Shown here piece by piece: positions 52,651-64,000 of a stretch of DNA of 64,000 nucleotides. The number at the start of each line of letters is the position of its first letter. Position 1 is the stretch's first letter. The notes below the pieces were generated by a model, which was not told the DNA's origin, did not search any database, and worked only from the letters and a program-made list of their open reading frames with translations. The position numbers were made by a program, and so were the translations under genes. Source of the DNA: Blasia pusilla (taxonomy: Eukaryota); NCBI GenBank assembly GCA_050084515.1, contig CM114271.1, positions 4,402,001 through 4,466,000 of the forward strand, given 5' to 3'.

Positions 52651-55600
52651 TACAATCTTTATGAGAAAAGGAATTTCAATAACACGTTTTTACACGAAAT
52701 AATACGTCCTACCCAATAGGGATTTAATTTCCCTACCGTAGTACCGTTTCAAGTATTTCACTGGCCTTTTTTTTCCTCTTGCTAGATGAGTAGAATTTGG
52801 AGAAAATTGGAGGGATCCTAAACCTTGTTTATCTGCTAGTAAGGTATACGAAATTAACCAGATCTTGTTTTCAAAGTCAAAGAGGGCAAGCTTGATGCCC
52901 AGTGATATTATAGAAGTATATATATTTTCCAAGGATGATTCCATTATGATGTAATTCTTTTGTATGTATATATGATTTCTTTTGAAGATGACATATCCCT
53001 AACGATAATACTCTTGTCATTTTTATCTACCATTTGTTCGTAGATAATTATTAGCAACTTTGTTCCCTAACCCTTAACCAATCCCGTCGAGTCGCTCATC
53101 CTAGCCTGAGTGAGGCTATAAATATTTCAAGTTGCTACCCAAAGGATATCCTACCTTATAACCTAAGACATGTCAAACGCAAGACATGGCTAGCTCATAA
53201 ATTCATCATCTTGAGCTCGTATGGAACGATAAAGTTCATTCCCATACGTATTGAGAGGATTCTCCTTGGAGTTTCCATTCCTAGGTTAACCTACTCAAAT
53301 GCCACTAGTTATAGTTCTTAACCAAAAGACGGGCCTTGACTCTTAACTACCCGATTGGAGATAAGTCTCATAGTTAATTTCGCCCATTTGGACTATCTAA
53401 AATCTCCATCAATCACCATCTCGCCATTTATTCTATTCCATGGCTTGACCTCTTATGATCAATCTTACTTCCATATGTCCTTCCTCAAGATCAAGAATTG
53501 ATGAGATCAAGAAATGGGGGAGTATGGAACACGAAGGCAAGTAAGGGGAATGAGAAATAAGGGAAAGGCGAGCCCCATATGGACAAGTCTTTCCATAGGA
53601 TGGACATGTCCATAGACACGAACTTTGTCCACATGCAACCTTGATGAGTAGTCTCAAGGCTTTGTGCTCGTCTTGTATAATCTAGGATTCTTGTCCATGC
53701 CATTCGCCCACCGCCTCGAACTAGAATTTGGACTAACACGTCTTTCTTTAATATAGAACTATCTACAAATAGAAATTTCCTTCAATCTCAGGATATGCCT
53801 CCTCTAACTCACCTTTTCTCTACAATTATCATAAGACATTCTCAAGGTTTCTTTCCTTCATTAGTCTTATGACTAGTTTAGTCTAGGTTCAATTTTGGTG
53901 GTAACTTCAAGGTTTTCCCATGCTTTAAATTAAGATTGTGAGGTTACCCAAGGCCTCAAAAGGTCAACCTCGACTTGGTGAGGTTCTGCTTCAAAGCCCG
54001 TGAAGTCCCTCTACCAAAACTTGGCGATCTATCCTAAAAGACATAACAACTATCGTCCGCATACACATCGGCACAAAAGATACCATACTCATTTATGGCA
54101 TTTGAACATCAATACGAATGTGAACCAAAATATTTTCAATTTCCCCCTAGCTAGTGGTTAGGTCTCTTTAACTCAAAATAGCCATCTATCCCTACCTACC
54201 ATGATGCAGACATCTTTAAGATACTAAGAGCAAAAAGGCCGGGTGGTCATGTGGGCTCATTGTTAGTTGCCTTCTTGTTTTCATGTCACAAATGCAAGTC
54301 TAGATCTGTGACTATCTGGTACCTACTTTATGTCAATCATAGACTAGCATCATGGATGTATCGCAAGCACATCCACACAAGATACAATGTAGTCCTTTAA
54401 GAACTACGTTAAGTTTGGATCAACTATACCATCAATCTTAGGAAGGTGACATGATGCAAACTTACGTACGTAGTCCTTCCAAACCATATCATCACTTCCC
54501 TCCAATAAGAGAACACCGGAGGACAATACCTCGTGCACTCTCAAGATGATGCGTTCTATGGTCACATCCAATATTGTAGGTCATGTTTGTTGGAACTAAG
54601 CATAATCTTCTTGATGAAACCTTCATATCTTCGATCGATAACCACCTCCCTAATAATCACATACCTCAAAATATCCCAATGTTACTCAATTGCCAAATTC
54701 TCGAATGTAATGGGCATAACTCTCTAAAACAACTTAGCCCTTTCAGAACATACTTGCATTCACACATTAGGGTCATCGATGTTCAGCCAAATTTTTTTAA
54801 GGCATTCAATTTTTTCACAAATCATTAATATATAAATTAATCATCTTACATCCAAAGAAAGCTTTGACACGAATGAAAATTTTGACGCTTGGCACTTGCA
54901 TGGCTACCTCTCATTGCTTTATGTGAATTTCAACATATTTAGAGGTCCTAATCCATTTAAATCCAAAATTTGAGATTTCTTTTCAAATATTTTGTACATT
55001 CGGTTCTAAAATTTTTGCTCTGGTTTTTTTTGTCCGAACTTTGCTCAAGAGTAAAATTTACCCATTATGTATTCCAAAAAATAGCCAAAGTTCTTGCTTG
55101 ATCTACCAATAGCACAATGGAGAACAATAGAATTTGAAATCTTTACTCTAAAATTATTCTTAAAGTTAAAAAAATCATGTTTTGCTTTTCTCTTTTTTTG
55201 AAAATTAAAATCACCATAAAAATATAACCTTTAAAATACTATATTCACCCATTTATTATCCAAGGGGATTTTCTTTCTTTCTCCTTGTTTAATAAAGGAG
55301 AAACTAAATAGGGTAGATTATATATTATTGGAGCATCCTCCATGGACAAAACCAGTTGATTATTTTGGTACATCTATGTTAAAGAAAAAAAGCCTTGATA
55401 AGCTCGATTGACAAGATGTATGGATTGATTTTGGTCTATTTAAAATGGTAGATATTCTGAAAATTCATGAATATACATCCCTAAACATAACATGAAGAAC
55501 CAACTTCACATTATGAAACTTTCAATAAGAGAAATAAAATCAAGTGTTTGATTTTTATAGGACATCGTAAAGATAAAGAGAATTTCCATTCACATGGAGC

Positions 55601-57634
55601 CATATACTAAATAGCCTAGTTAATTCATCTTTGATAAAACCTAAACAAATTCTAAGATAGTGTGGACAAAAGTTGATTCCTATTTAACTTTAGACTTCTT
55701 CTTTAAGAAAGAGTTCCCATATTAAGGAACTTCCTTCTTCCGATTATAACCCAAATAGATGACATGATTTTATTTAACTCTTTGAGACTGTCAAAGAACA
55801 TGCAAAAAAAAGTGGAGAAAAAAGACATGTAAGGCAACGTAGAGGATTAGAAAAGAACCAACATAAATAAAAATAATACGAGGAAAAAATTATCAAGATA
55901 ATAAAAACCCATGATTATCACGGAGAAAAAATGATTGTTGTCATATGATACTATTATGGGTTTTAAACCCTTGTTTTGTAAATCCTTCTATGCATACCAT
56001 GAGTGAAACCTCTTTCTCATTGATTTTTCAATATTTCCCTTTGCTAATAAACTAAAGAGGGAAAAGATAAAAATCATATTTTCTTCCATCATAGTTTCTT
56101 GCTACTTTTTGTAGGTAAAAACTTGGATTTTTCAACGTAGCTTTAGATTTATACCTGAATGAAACACGCAGCAATGTGCGGTTGGTGCTGGCAAAAAATT
56201 TCCGGCCTTTATTAATTTAACTGTGAAATGCCCTTATTTTAATATACTGAAGAGAAAAAAGACATAAAGGAGCTCTAGTTTTGATTTCTTTCATTACTTT
56301 TTTTGGATTTTTTTTTTTTAAAATTTTTTTCACTATTAAATGTCCTTATGTTAATAAAATAAAGAGAGAAAAGATAAAAGGAGCTATAGGTTTTAGTTCT
56401 TTCATTACTCTTTGGATAATTTTTATTTTATATTAGATTTAATAATAATTTCTCTCATGGAAATTTTTTAATGCATATAAATATGAAGTCTCAATCTTAT
56501 TCATTATTTTTTCCATATTAGAAACTATATTTTTGAAAATTTGAGTTGAATGGTGAAGGAGTTTTTTATTATAGTTTGGAAAAAAATTTAGGATCAACGA
56601 TGAGGAAGGGGAATAGGAGAATAGTGGGATTTTGTTTCAAAATTATGAGAGTAGTTTTATATTAATTGTTAACATGCCCTTGCTACACACAAAAATAAAG
56701 TTTCAAAAATTATTAGAAAAAAAAATCATGTAACGATCACCACTACTTACTCTTAAAGAGTGGTGGAAGTTCTTCTTAAACACCCCACTCCTCCTGTCCA
56801 TTAATTCTATACTACTCAATAATCTCACCGCCTCCAATAATATCATTTCCCTTCTCCAAAAGATTTTCACTTCTTTGGCCCCTACCAACATGAGATCTTA
56901 AGGGAAAAAGTAATACCATGTTTTTATTTTGTCTTCCTGTGCATGTAAGGTCTACTAGTATAATGTAGATTAATGGGAAGATCGGTTTGGAAAAGGGAAG
57001 GAGGGATTTTTTCCCCAAAATCAAGAAGGGAAAAGACATAAGTTTGTTCAAAGCGAGAAATAATAGGTTTTTCATGTTGAATTTTCAATTATGACAACAT
57101 GTGTCCAAAGGCTTCACATGAATATTCTTTAAGTATTATGCTCTTTAAAAATGTTGAATCATGAATATTTTTGGATCAAATGTTTGTGGAAAAAATTATT
57201 CAATCCCAAATCACATTTGGATGATGGAAATATTTCATCATAACTGTCTACGTAAATTTTTCCATAGTTGTAATCTCATATTTATGGGTATTTTCATAAA
57301 TTTTTCTCAGTGCCATCCTCTTATTCCCGAGTACTGAATTAATAGTAAGAATAATATACACATAGACAAGATTATCATATACACATGCTCTTGGGATACA
57401 AGAACAATAAAGTTATTTGGATACTCTAGCCAATATAGCCATCTAACTAACTATCTATCTATTCGACATTTTATGAGATTGGCCGATCAATGGTTGGGTG
57501 AAGTCTCATAATTTCAACTAAGTCCCCTATTTCTCCTCCCCTCCTCACCCTTTCCCTCCCTCTTGACATTCATCAATAGCAAGTGTGTTGAGATACCTCA
57601 ATAGACTTGCTAGTTAACCTTTATCTGGCTAGAA

Positions 57635-58275
57635 CAAGGTTGCACATGGACAAAGTGTGTGTCCGTGTCTACAGACTTATGTTCGTCCCTAGGACGAACA
57701 TGTGGGTTCGAGTACTCATGGCCACATCCGAGCACACCCCGCCAACAACATAGACCCGCGCTTGGTCAACTTGCACCTAGTCTAAGAACCCGTCGCCCGA
57801 TTTGTAGCCCGCACTGGCATGTCCTAAGCCCGCGTTTTCCTATGGTAAGCCCACTAAGCGGGATCTTCCCTGCACTATGGGGGATGGACATGCCCAAAGG
57901 GTCCCCCGACGGGGCTTTTTGGGTACCTCAACGGCTTGCACGAGCTCAAGACACGGGAACGGGTGTGGACTAAGATTTCCACACGTGGACGAAAATTGGC
58001 TTGCACGTAGCCCGCAGTAAGCCTGCATTGGCCCACGTAGGATCCGTAAGAAATCTCGTAGAGAAGGATTTGGCCTGCGCCATGCCCGCACAATATGGGC
58101 AAGAGCCTTCCTTGCTGGCCTCCCGCGGGCTTAGGGCGGGCCAATTTTCGTACGCCTCCCGCAACCTGAGCATGCGTAGGCCATCGAGGTACCCAAGAAA
58201 CCCATGCGTCAAGTTTAGATGTATCTGTTTGTTGGGCATGTCAAATCCGGACATGTCGTTTTCCATACAACCATG
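57635..58275. mobile_element. Intact hAT-type MITE, 641 bp
   Basis: Imperfect TIRs CAAGGTTG / CAACCATG with a perfect 8-bp TSD GGCTAGAA at 57627-57634 and 58276-58283. GC-rich interior with no transposase. Confidence 0.88.
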
Positions 58276-59769
58276 GGCTAGAAGCTCATGAAGAGTCAAA
58301 GATGTATGTGGAGAGTTATAAGGTCTCTAATAAAGATTTCTATTTCTATTTATTTTAGTAAGAAAATGTATTCCAAGAAATATTTATGAAGGTATATGGA
58401 TATTTTTGGGAAAAAAAAAGTTAAAATCATGGATGATTGGACAAGATTATGTTAGGGAGGGATGGAGGTTGTGGCTCTATGTCCACAATCATAATCCTTA
58501 CTAGTATCTTACAATAGACTACCATCCTCTTGAAAACAAGTATTCACCAAGTCTATGTTTATCGTAAGTTGAGTTACATATTTTTGATCCCGATGATAGT
58601 GGTATTGAATTTTGTGACTCTTTCAATCCCCACTCGTCTCTTATTTGATGAATACTTCCATCTTCCTTGGTACTTGATGCACGTATTGTATTCATTTAGA
58701 ACTTTAGGGGATCATGTGTAGAGCGCGAGATATTAGGAGACTAAAGGGGTTTTCTTTTCTTCAGAAGATATGAGAAAAAAGTAGGTTAGTTGAAATAGGA
58801 AAAATACTATCAAAATAAAAAAGGGAAGGGGATGAAAATTTCAGAATAATTTAATGTCAACGTCCATGAGGTATAAAGCTCGCGGATTCGGAGTACCAAG
58901 ACCTTTTCCCAATTGCCTTTGTTGAGTAATCTAATTAGTTGTAGAAGTTAGACGAGGAGTAGCTTTGATATATGACGTTTTTTAATATATGAACAAAGCT
59001 CATTTGGACGAAGGCATTATTAAGACTTTTCTCACATTGGACATACCATGGGATATTAGTTACAATATATGATGTAAAAATCATAAATAAGTAATACCTA
59101 TTAGTTTACTATGGTAAAAGAAGTGACATAAATGGTTAAAGGGGGAGTTTTTTAGAAAAATAAATGAAAAGAGTCGAATTAACCTCCTTGGAAAATTTTT
59201 GGTTGGAAATCGTAGTGCATAAAATATTTTCCTACAAGTCACCATGCAACCTTTATTTTGGATTCACAAGACTTTATTAGATTCAAAGAGACATCATATC
59301 ATGAGGAGAATAGAAAGGTTATTTGATCAATAGAAGTTTGTGCCGACCTTACAAAGGATTATGCTCCACCAAACTATGCAAGGAACTTTCATTCTAGAGG
59401 AACCATTGATATGAGCAAGATGTTGGGTGCTTGAGTGATGGAAAGAATTTTCAAATTAGATAAAAATAGGGCAAGTCTATTAAGGCATATCCGAGTTAGA
59501 AGGTGCCCCTATCTAGATGATTTTATTCGGGGAGAACATCCGGATAGGAAATGTGTGCTTGTTCACAGACCACACTCCACTTTTCTTTCCAAATAGAAGA
59601 AATAAGACCCCAAGAGATTTTGGGGACATTGATTAAAAATGACAGATTTTTTAGAGAGATAGGATGATCACAAATAAAGGAAGATGGGGAATCCATCATA
59701 AGGAGGTGGAGGAGTAAAATGAAGAACCTCAATAAATATGCATGATGGGAAACCCATCAGAAAAACAAA

Positions 59770-60524
59770 AGAGGGGGATTGAAAGAGTCAAGTATCCAAA
59801 GGCCAAAACCGGCCTTGAAAATGAAGAAGTGAGCATTCCCCCTATTGACTAAACTCATCAACAGCAGAAAAAATATCAACAACTCCTAGTTTAACTATGA
59901 CCACCACTAAGTGGGGCTCTAGCGCCGGCGTCTCCCACAGCATAAGCGTGCCGCAAAAACCCATTGGTCTGGGCACGCTGCAAAGCTGTGGAGACACGTT
60001 GCCTACAATAAATAATAGCGGTAGCTAAGGACAACCCATTTTTTGACTTGAGATGATGAGCGTAGTCGGTAAGGAATGAGTTAAATCTCTCCCCCATAGC
60101 CCCATCCATCTCTATTGCTAGGGGAACAACACAGTATCCATCGTGGAGTCGACTATAGATATGGATCTTTTTTATCGCCGCCGCCGCTCCTTGTAGAAAT
60201 CTCCCTTGTGCCACGACTTGGGTTTGCAAAGCCTCTTGTGAAGGATCCGTCACTACAAGGTCCGCCACCACCACCTCAGCCTATTGCTTCATATAAAGAT
60301 CAGCACGGATAAGGAAGTCCCACATGGAGTAGTGCCTCTCTTTGTGCACATGGAAGCCACTTTCACGAGCAATATTGAACATGATATCCCGCACCCCATT
60401 ATCATGCAAAGAGGATCCAGACTCCGAAGACACTCACAATGTTTCGAATCAATCACCGATGGTTGGGAGAGGCCCAATCGGAACGGCATCCCTATGGTGT
60501 AGGTAAGTGGTGGAGGGGAAACTC
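59770..60524 (-). mobile_element. 3' fragment of a second, divergent CRE-like RLE retrotransposon
   Basis: FRLGLSQP..HCEC, HDNGVRDIMFNIARESG, VVADLVVTDP, KKIHIY..VVPLAIEMDGAMG and RQRVSTALQRAQ, which parallels RQYISLALQRAQ in the 47.8-kb copy. Confidence 0.8.
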
Positions 60525-61149
60525 TATCGTGTGCATACACATCACTGCACAACATATATTTTTATCATCGAACACAAACACAAACACGCACGATCCCATA
60601 CTAACTCATGACATCCAAACAAAGAGACAAAAAGTACCAAAATATCTCCAATAAAATAAGATCCAATCTCTCTCATAATACCATAGTTTCAACATGTGTG
60701 CACTCTCATATGTCTCTCTCAATATCAAACCAAATCCACTCTCCTAATGAGAGACTTGGGTTACACTCACAAGGCAAGGGACCATAGCTCCACCGCCTCG
60801 TGCCAAGAAGTTCAACAAAGAGAGAATGAGCTCTCAAGCTCTCTCTCTCCTTGAGGTATACCCCTCCCCTCTCCCAAGCTCTCTCCATGATAAGCTATGC
60901 TCCCAATTCACCTCCTTGGCTATTGACCTGATGTAGGAGGTCAAGGGTAACTTACCGAAATAGAAAATTGACCATATACTCAAAATAGGTATTTACCTAA
61001 AATAGTAAATTTCTCAATGTGGCTCCAAATGAGCCGAAAAGAAACCTCCCGGAGCCTCAGCAAGTTATTCTCGACGTCCTGAGCTTATACTCCACTACTC
61101 GCGAAGGCCCTCTATTAGATTTCATCAATCTACCCTAAAAAACGTGACA
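60525..61149 (-). mobile_element. Solo-LTR-like element, 625 bp, related to 17723-18340
   Basis: Minus strand starts TGTCACG and ends ATGTTGTGCAGTGATGTGTATGCACACGATA, versus ATGTTGTGTAGCGATATGTATGCGCACGATA in the other copy. Flanks ACTC/AATC fit a 4-bp TSD with one mismatch. Confidence 0.65.
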
Positions 61150-62499
61150 AATCACACAGACTATGATACATCTTGTCTCTTTCTCAACTTCATTAAATGT
61201 TGGAATCCCCAATTCTATGCTTCCTTTAGTTGACTGACTTTTGCTTAAAAAACCAATTATGGAAAAAAAATCTGACTTAAAGCTTGGCAGAAAATCTTCC
61301 CTAGCACCGCCTAAAAGCTCATGTGAAAAGTTTCTTATTGGAGATTAGGCAATAAAGTATGTAAAGGCGATTTCTTCAACTTAAAAAAATAAGAAAAAGA
61401 AGTTGGAAAACTCAGAAATATATAAAGAGGAACTCCTACTAATATCAGCTAATCCGTTTGAGTAAGTTGAAGGTACGAGTAGTAAGGGGATATTCCTCAC
61501 TAAGTACACGAATCTCCAGACAGTGACGCTTATGACACATACTGACAGTTTTGTGTCAGACATCGTGCCGAGAGACGCTAGCTGTCTCGGCCTGTCTCCA
61601 AATCATGGGATCATCTCTAAACTAGGCTGCTAGTCGCTAAAGTTAGCCGCACTCAACTACTGCGTCTCTCAATGTGAGCAGTTTGCGCTAATAATGTCTC
61701 GATAACCTCCCCTACACCTTAAGTGAGCACTGCTCACTGCTGCTTAGCAACATTTTCGTCCCTAATAATAGCACCCGTTTTGAATTAGCACGTGTAGCAG
61801 GGGACCAGACCCGACGACCTAATCTGCTAATTGACCCACCGCGCCGATTTGTATTTCTTGCTTTAATTATTATGGGCTCAAAATAATCATCCCCATTCAA
61901 TTCTTTTTGGAATGAAAGAAAAATGGTATTCCATAATTGGGATGCTTAGATAATAAACATGTGTCATTTAAGACTATTTTAATCATTTTCGAATTTGACC
62001 TCATATTCATCATTTCCAATATCTAAAAAAAATCTCTTTCACGAGTTAAAGGGAGCACATGACCATTACACGGATGCCACACTCCGGATTATTTATTTAT
62101 TTTGTTTGTAGTATGGCATTATGTTCACCACTTGAAATTGAGGGATTAAATATTTATTTTAAAATATTTATAAATAGTTTTGACTATGTTATTGACCCCA
62201 ATTAGAGACCTTTATTGACGAAAATATAGGTGGATAAATATCAGTCTTTTAGATAATTTTTTTCTGAATTTAAATTTACACTGAATGTGTATCGTTTCTC
62301 CACCTTTATCAATTCATACCCTCGTATTAATACACACCCCACTATTTCTTTCCTATGACTTGTATGTATGGACACCTAAAACTAGTGGTGCTTGTAGAAG
62401 CTTGGCATGAAAATATTCTTCATGGATGTTTGAAAAGTTTAGGGTATATATAAAGCATATATATTTGGCTCCTTAGCATAAAGAGAAATTTTTTTATTT

Positions 62500-64000
62500 T
62501 ACAATAAAGTGGAAAACTTACAAGTGAAAAAAAAACTATTTTCTTCATTGATGCAAATAAATGTTTTGCTCTTGTTAAACGTGTCCCAATAGTGTAGCAT
62601 TGCCAAGGCCTCCATTATTTAAACTATAGTTTTCTTTCCTTTTATATGTTCAAGAGTGATGGTGTTATATGTCTCCTCACTTTATCCTCTCATGATATTG
62701 TACTTTTGTCATTGGAAGAATCTTCTTGACTTTTTCTTGCATGGAGATTGTTCCAACACTCTTGAGTGTCTTCTAGTATGGGGTAAATGATTGATCTCTT
62801 ACCATATTGATTCGTTTGCATACTTTGAATTTTTCTCATTCACTCACATTCTCACCTAATTTCTTTCTTTTCAAAGTGATTGGTAAATGGAGACTTTGAT
62901 GAACTATAGAAACAATCTTGCCTCCATTCACCTTTCCCTTTGAGTCACTTCAACCGTTGCCCATTAGGGACTTATACTCACTTCTTCGGCACCAAATACT
63001 TTTGATTGCTATGTACATACATCCATAACCACTATTTAGTATTTATTGACAAGACCTATTTTGCTTTGATTTCTTTGCTCTCTTTGATAAGTTTTATGCA
63101 TTCATAAGGCCAGTTTGGGTGTTTTCTTGACTGAATTTTCTTTTCATTTATTTTTATCTCCTATCTTTAGTGGCTACATTGGGTGACACATGGCAAAGTG
63201 AACATTTGGTTGCAAGGACATATCACAAAAGGAGCAATGCTTTTTAATGATCCCAACAGAAATTCAATCTTTTAAAATTTTATTCGATTTTATTGAACCA
63301 CTGAGAATAATAAAGAACACGTAGTTAGCCCTCGATAAATATCTCCATGAGCTTTGTTGATTTATCTCAAGACCCATTATATAGTAGTGGAAGTGCATGC
63401 ATGCATGCTTGTGAATGAGGTCGGGTAATAAGCTCATGCATTCCCTTAGTGTAGGGAAGCTACATCTCTCTCCAATCATGCTCCCTAGAGTTCTCATACT
63501 AGGCTTGACCTTGCTTGCATAGGGTACAAGTCGGTATGTGTGGGCTTCAAGTCCCCCTTTTTTAAAACTTCTGATGGATTCCCCATCTTCAAGTTTTGTT
63601 TTGCAAGTTGAACTCTTCTTCAAGGCATGCTTCTATTTGAGTAAAACGGAGTGCAAACGTGGGGATGAGGTTGGGCGGTGGGCGTGTTTCTTGGCTACTT
63701 GGGAGAAATGGAATGTGATGGGAGATCAGCATGATCGAGGACTAAAATGACTTATGATATCTTATCCCTCATGGCACAAGGACCTATCTTTTTCGAGGAA
63801 GTGAATGAGTTTCCTACCCAAGGTGGCCATGACTCAAGGATGGATGGGTGCGAGGTACATAGGGAAGGCGAGGAAAATTTGTGGTTTAGAAATATTAGAT
63901 TGTTCACATGCTCACAACTTCTTAGAGGGGTTCTTTCTTTATTCCATCACTAACTTAATTGAGCTTAGTTTCAGCCTCGAAAAATAACTCCTATTTTTCC
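62500..64000 (-). mobile_element. Degraded repeat, possibly L1-like LINE, with a related fragment on the plus strand at ~59400-59750
   Basis: A shared segment GATGGATTCCCCATCTTC (EDGESI peptide) occurs at ~63573 and reverse-complemented at ~59681. No intact domain seen, so the class is a guess. Confidence 0.3.

Overview
Eukaryotic land-plant nuclear DNA, probably from a non-seed plant such as a bryophyte (inferred, not proven). GC/CpG-rich gene islands alternate with AT-rich, CpG-poor stretches of decayed transposons. Four spliced genes are recognisable: the 5' part of a signal peptide peptidase-like (SPPL) gene (minus), an intron-containing nuclear ccmA/ABCI1 (plus), cytosolic NDPK1 (plus) and a GT106/O-fucosyltransferase-family gene (minus). 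Mobile DNA includes an intron-bearing Helitron helicase remnant with its 3' terminus, two divergent CRE-like non-LTR retrotransposons with a restriction-like endonuclease (one near full length), two related ~620 bp solo-LTR-like elements with TG...TA ends and 4-bp TSDs, a hAT-type MITE family (one copy with a perfect 8-bp TSD), and badly decayed gypsy/copia/L1 traces. Non-coding points of interest are a perfect 26-bp-arm hairpin, gene-distal ACGTG and TGTCTC motif clusters, a TCP-site module array, and an intronic repeat made of splice-acceptor-like units. No clearly new biological system could be established from sequence alone. All calls were made by eye without database searches.
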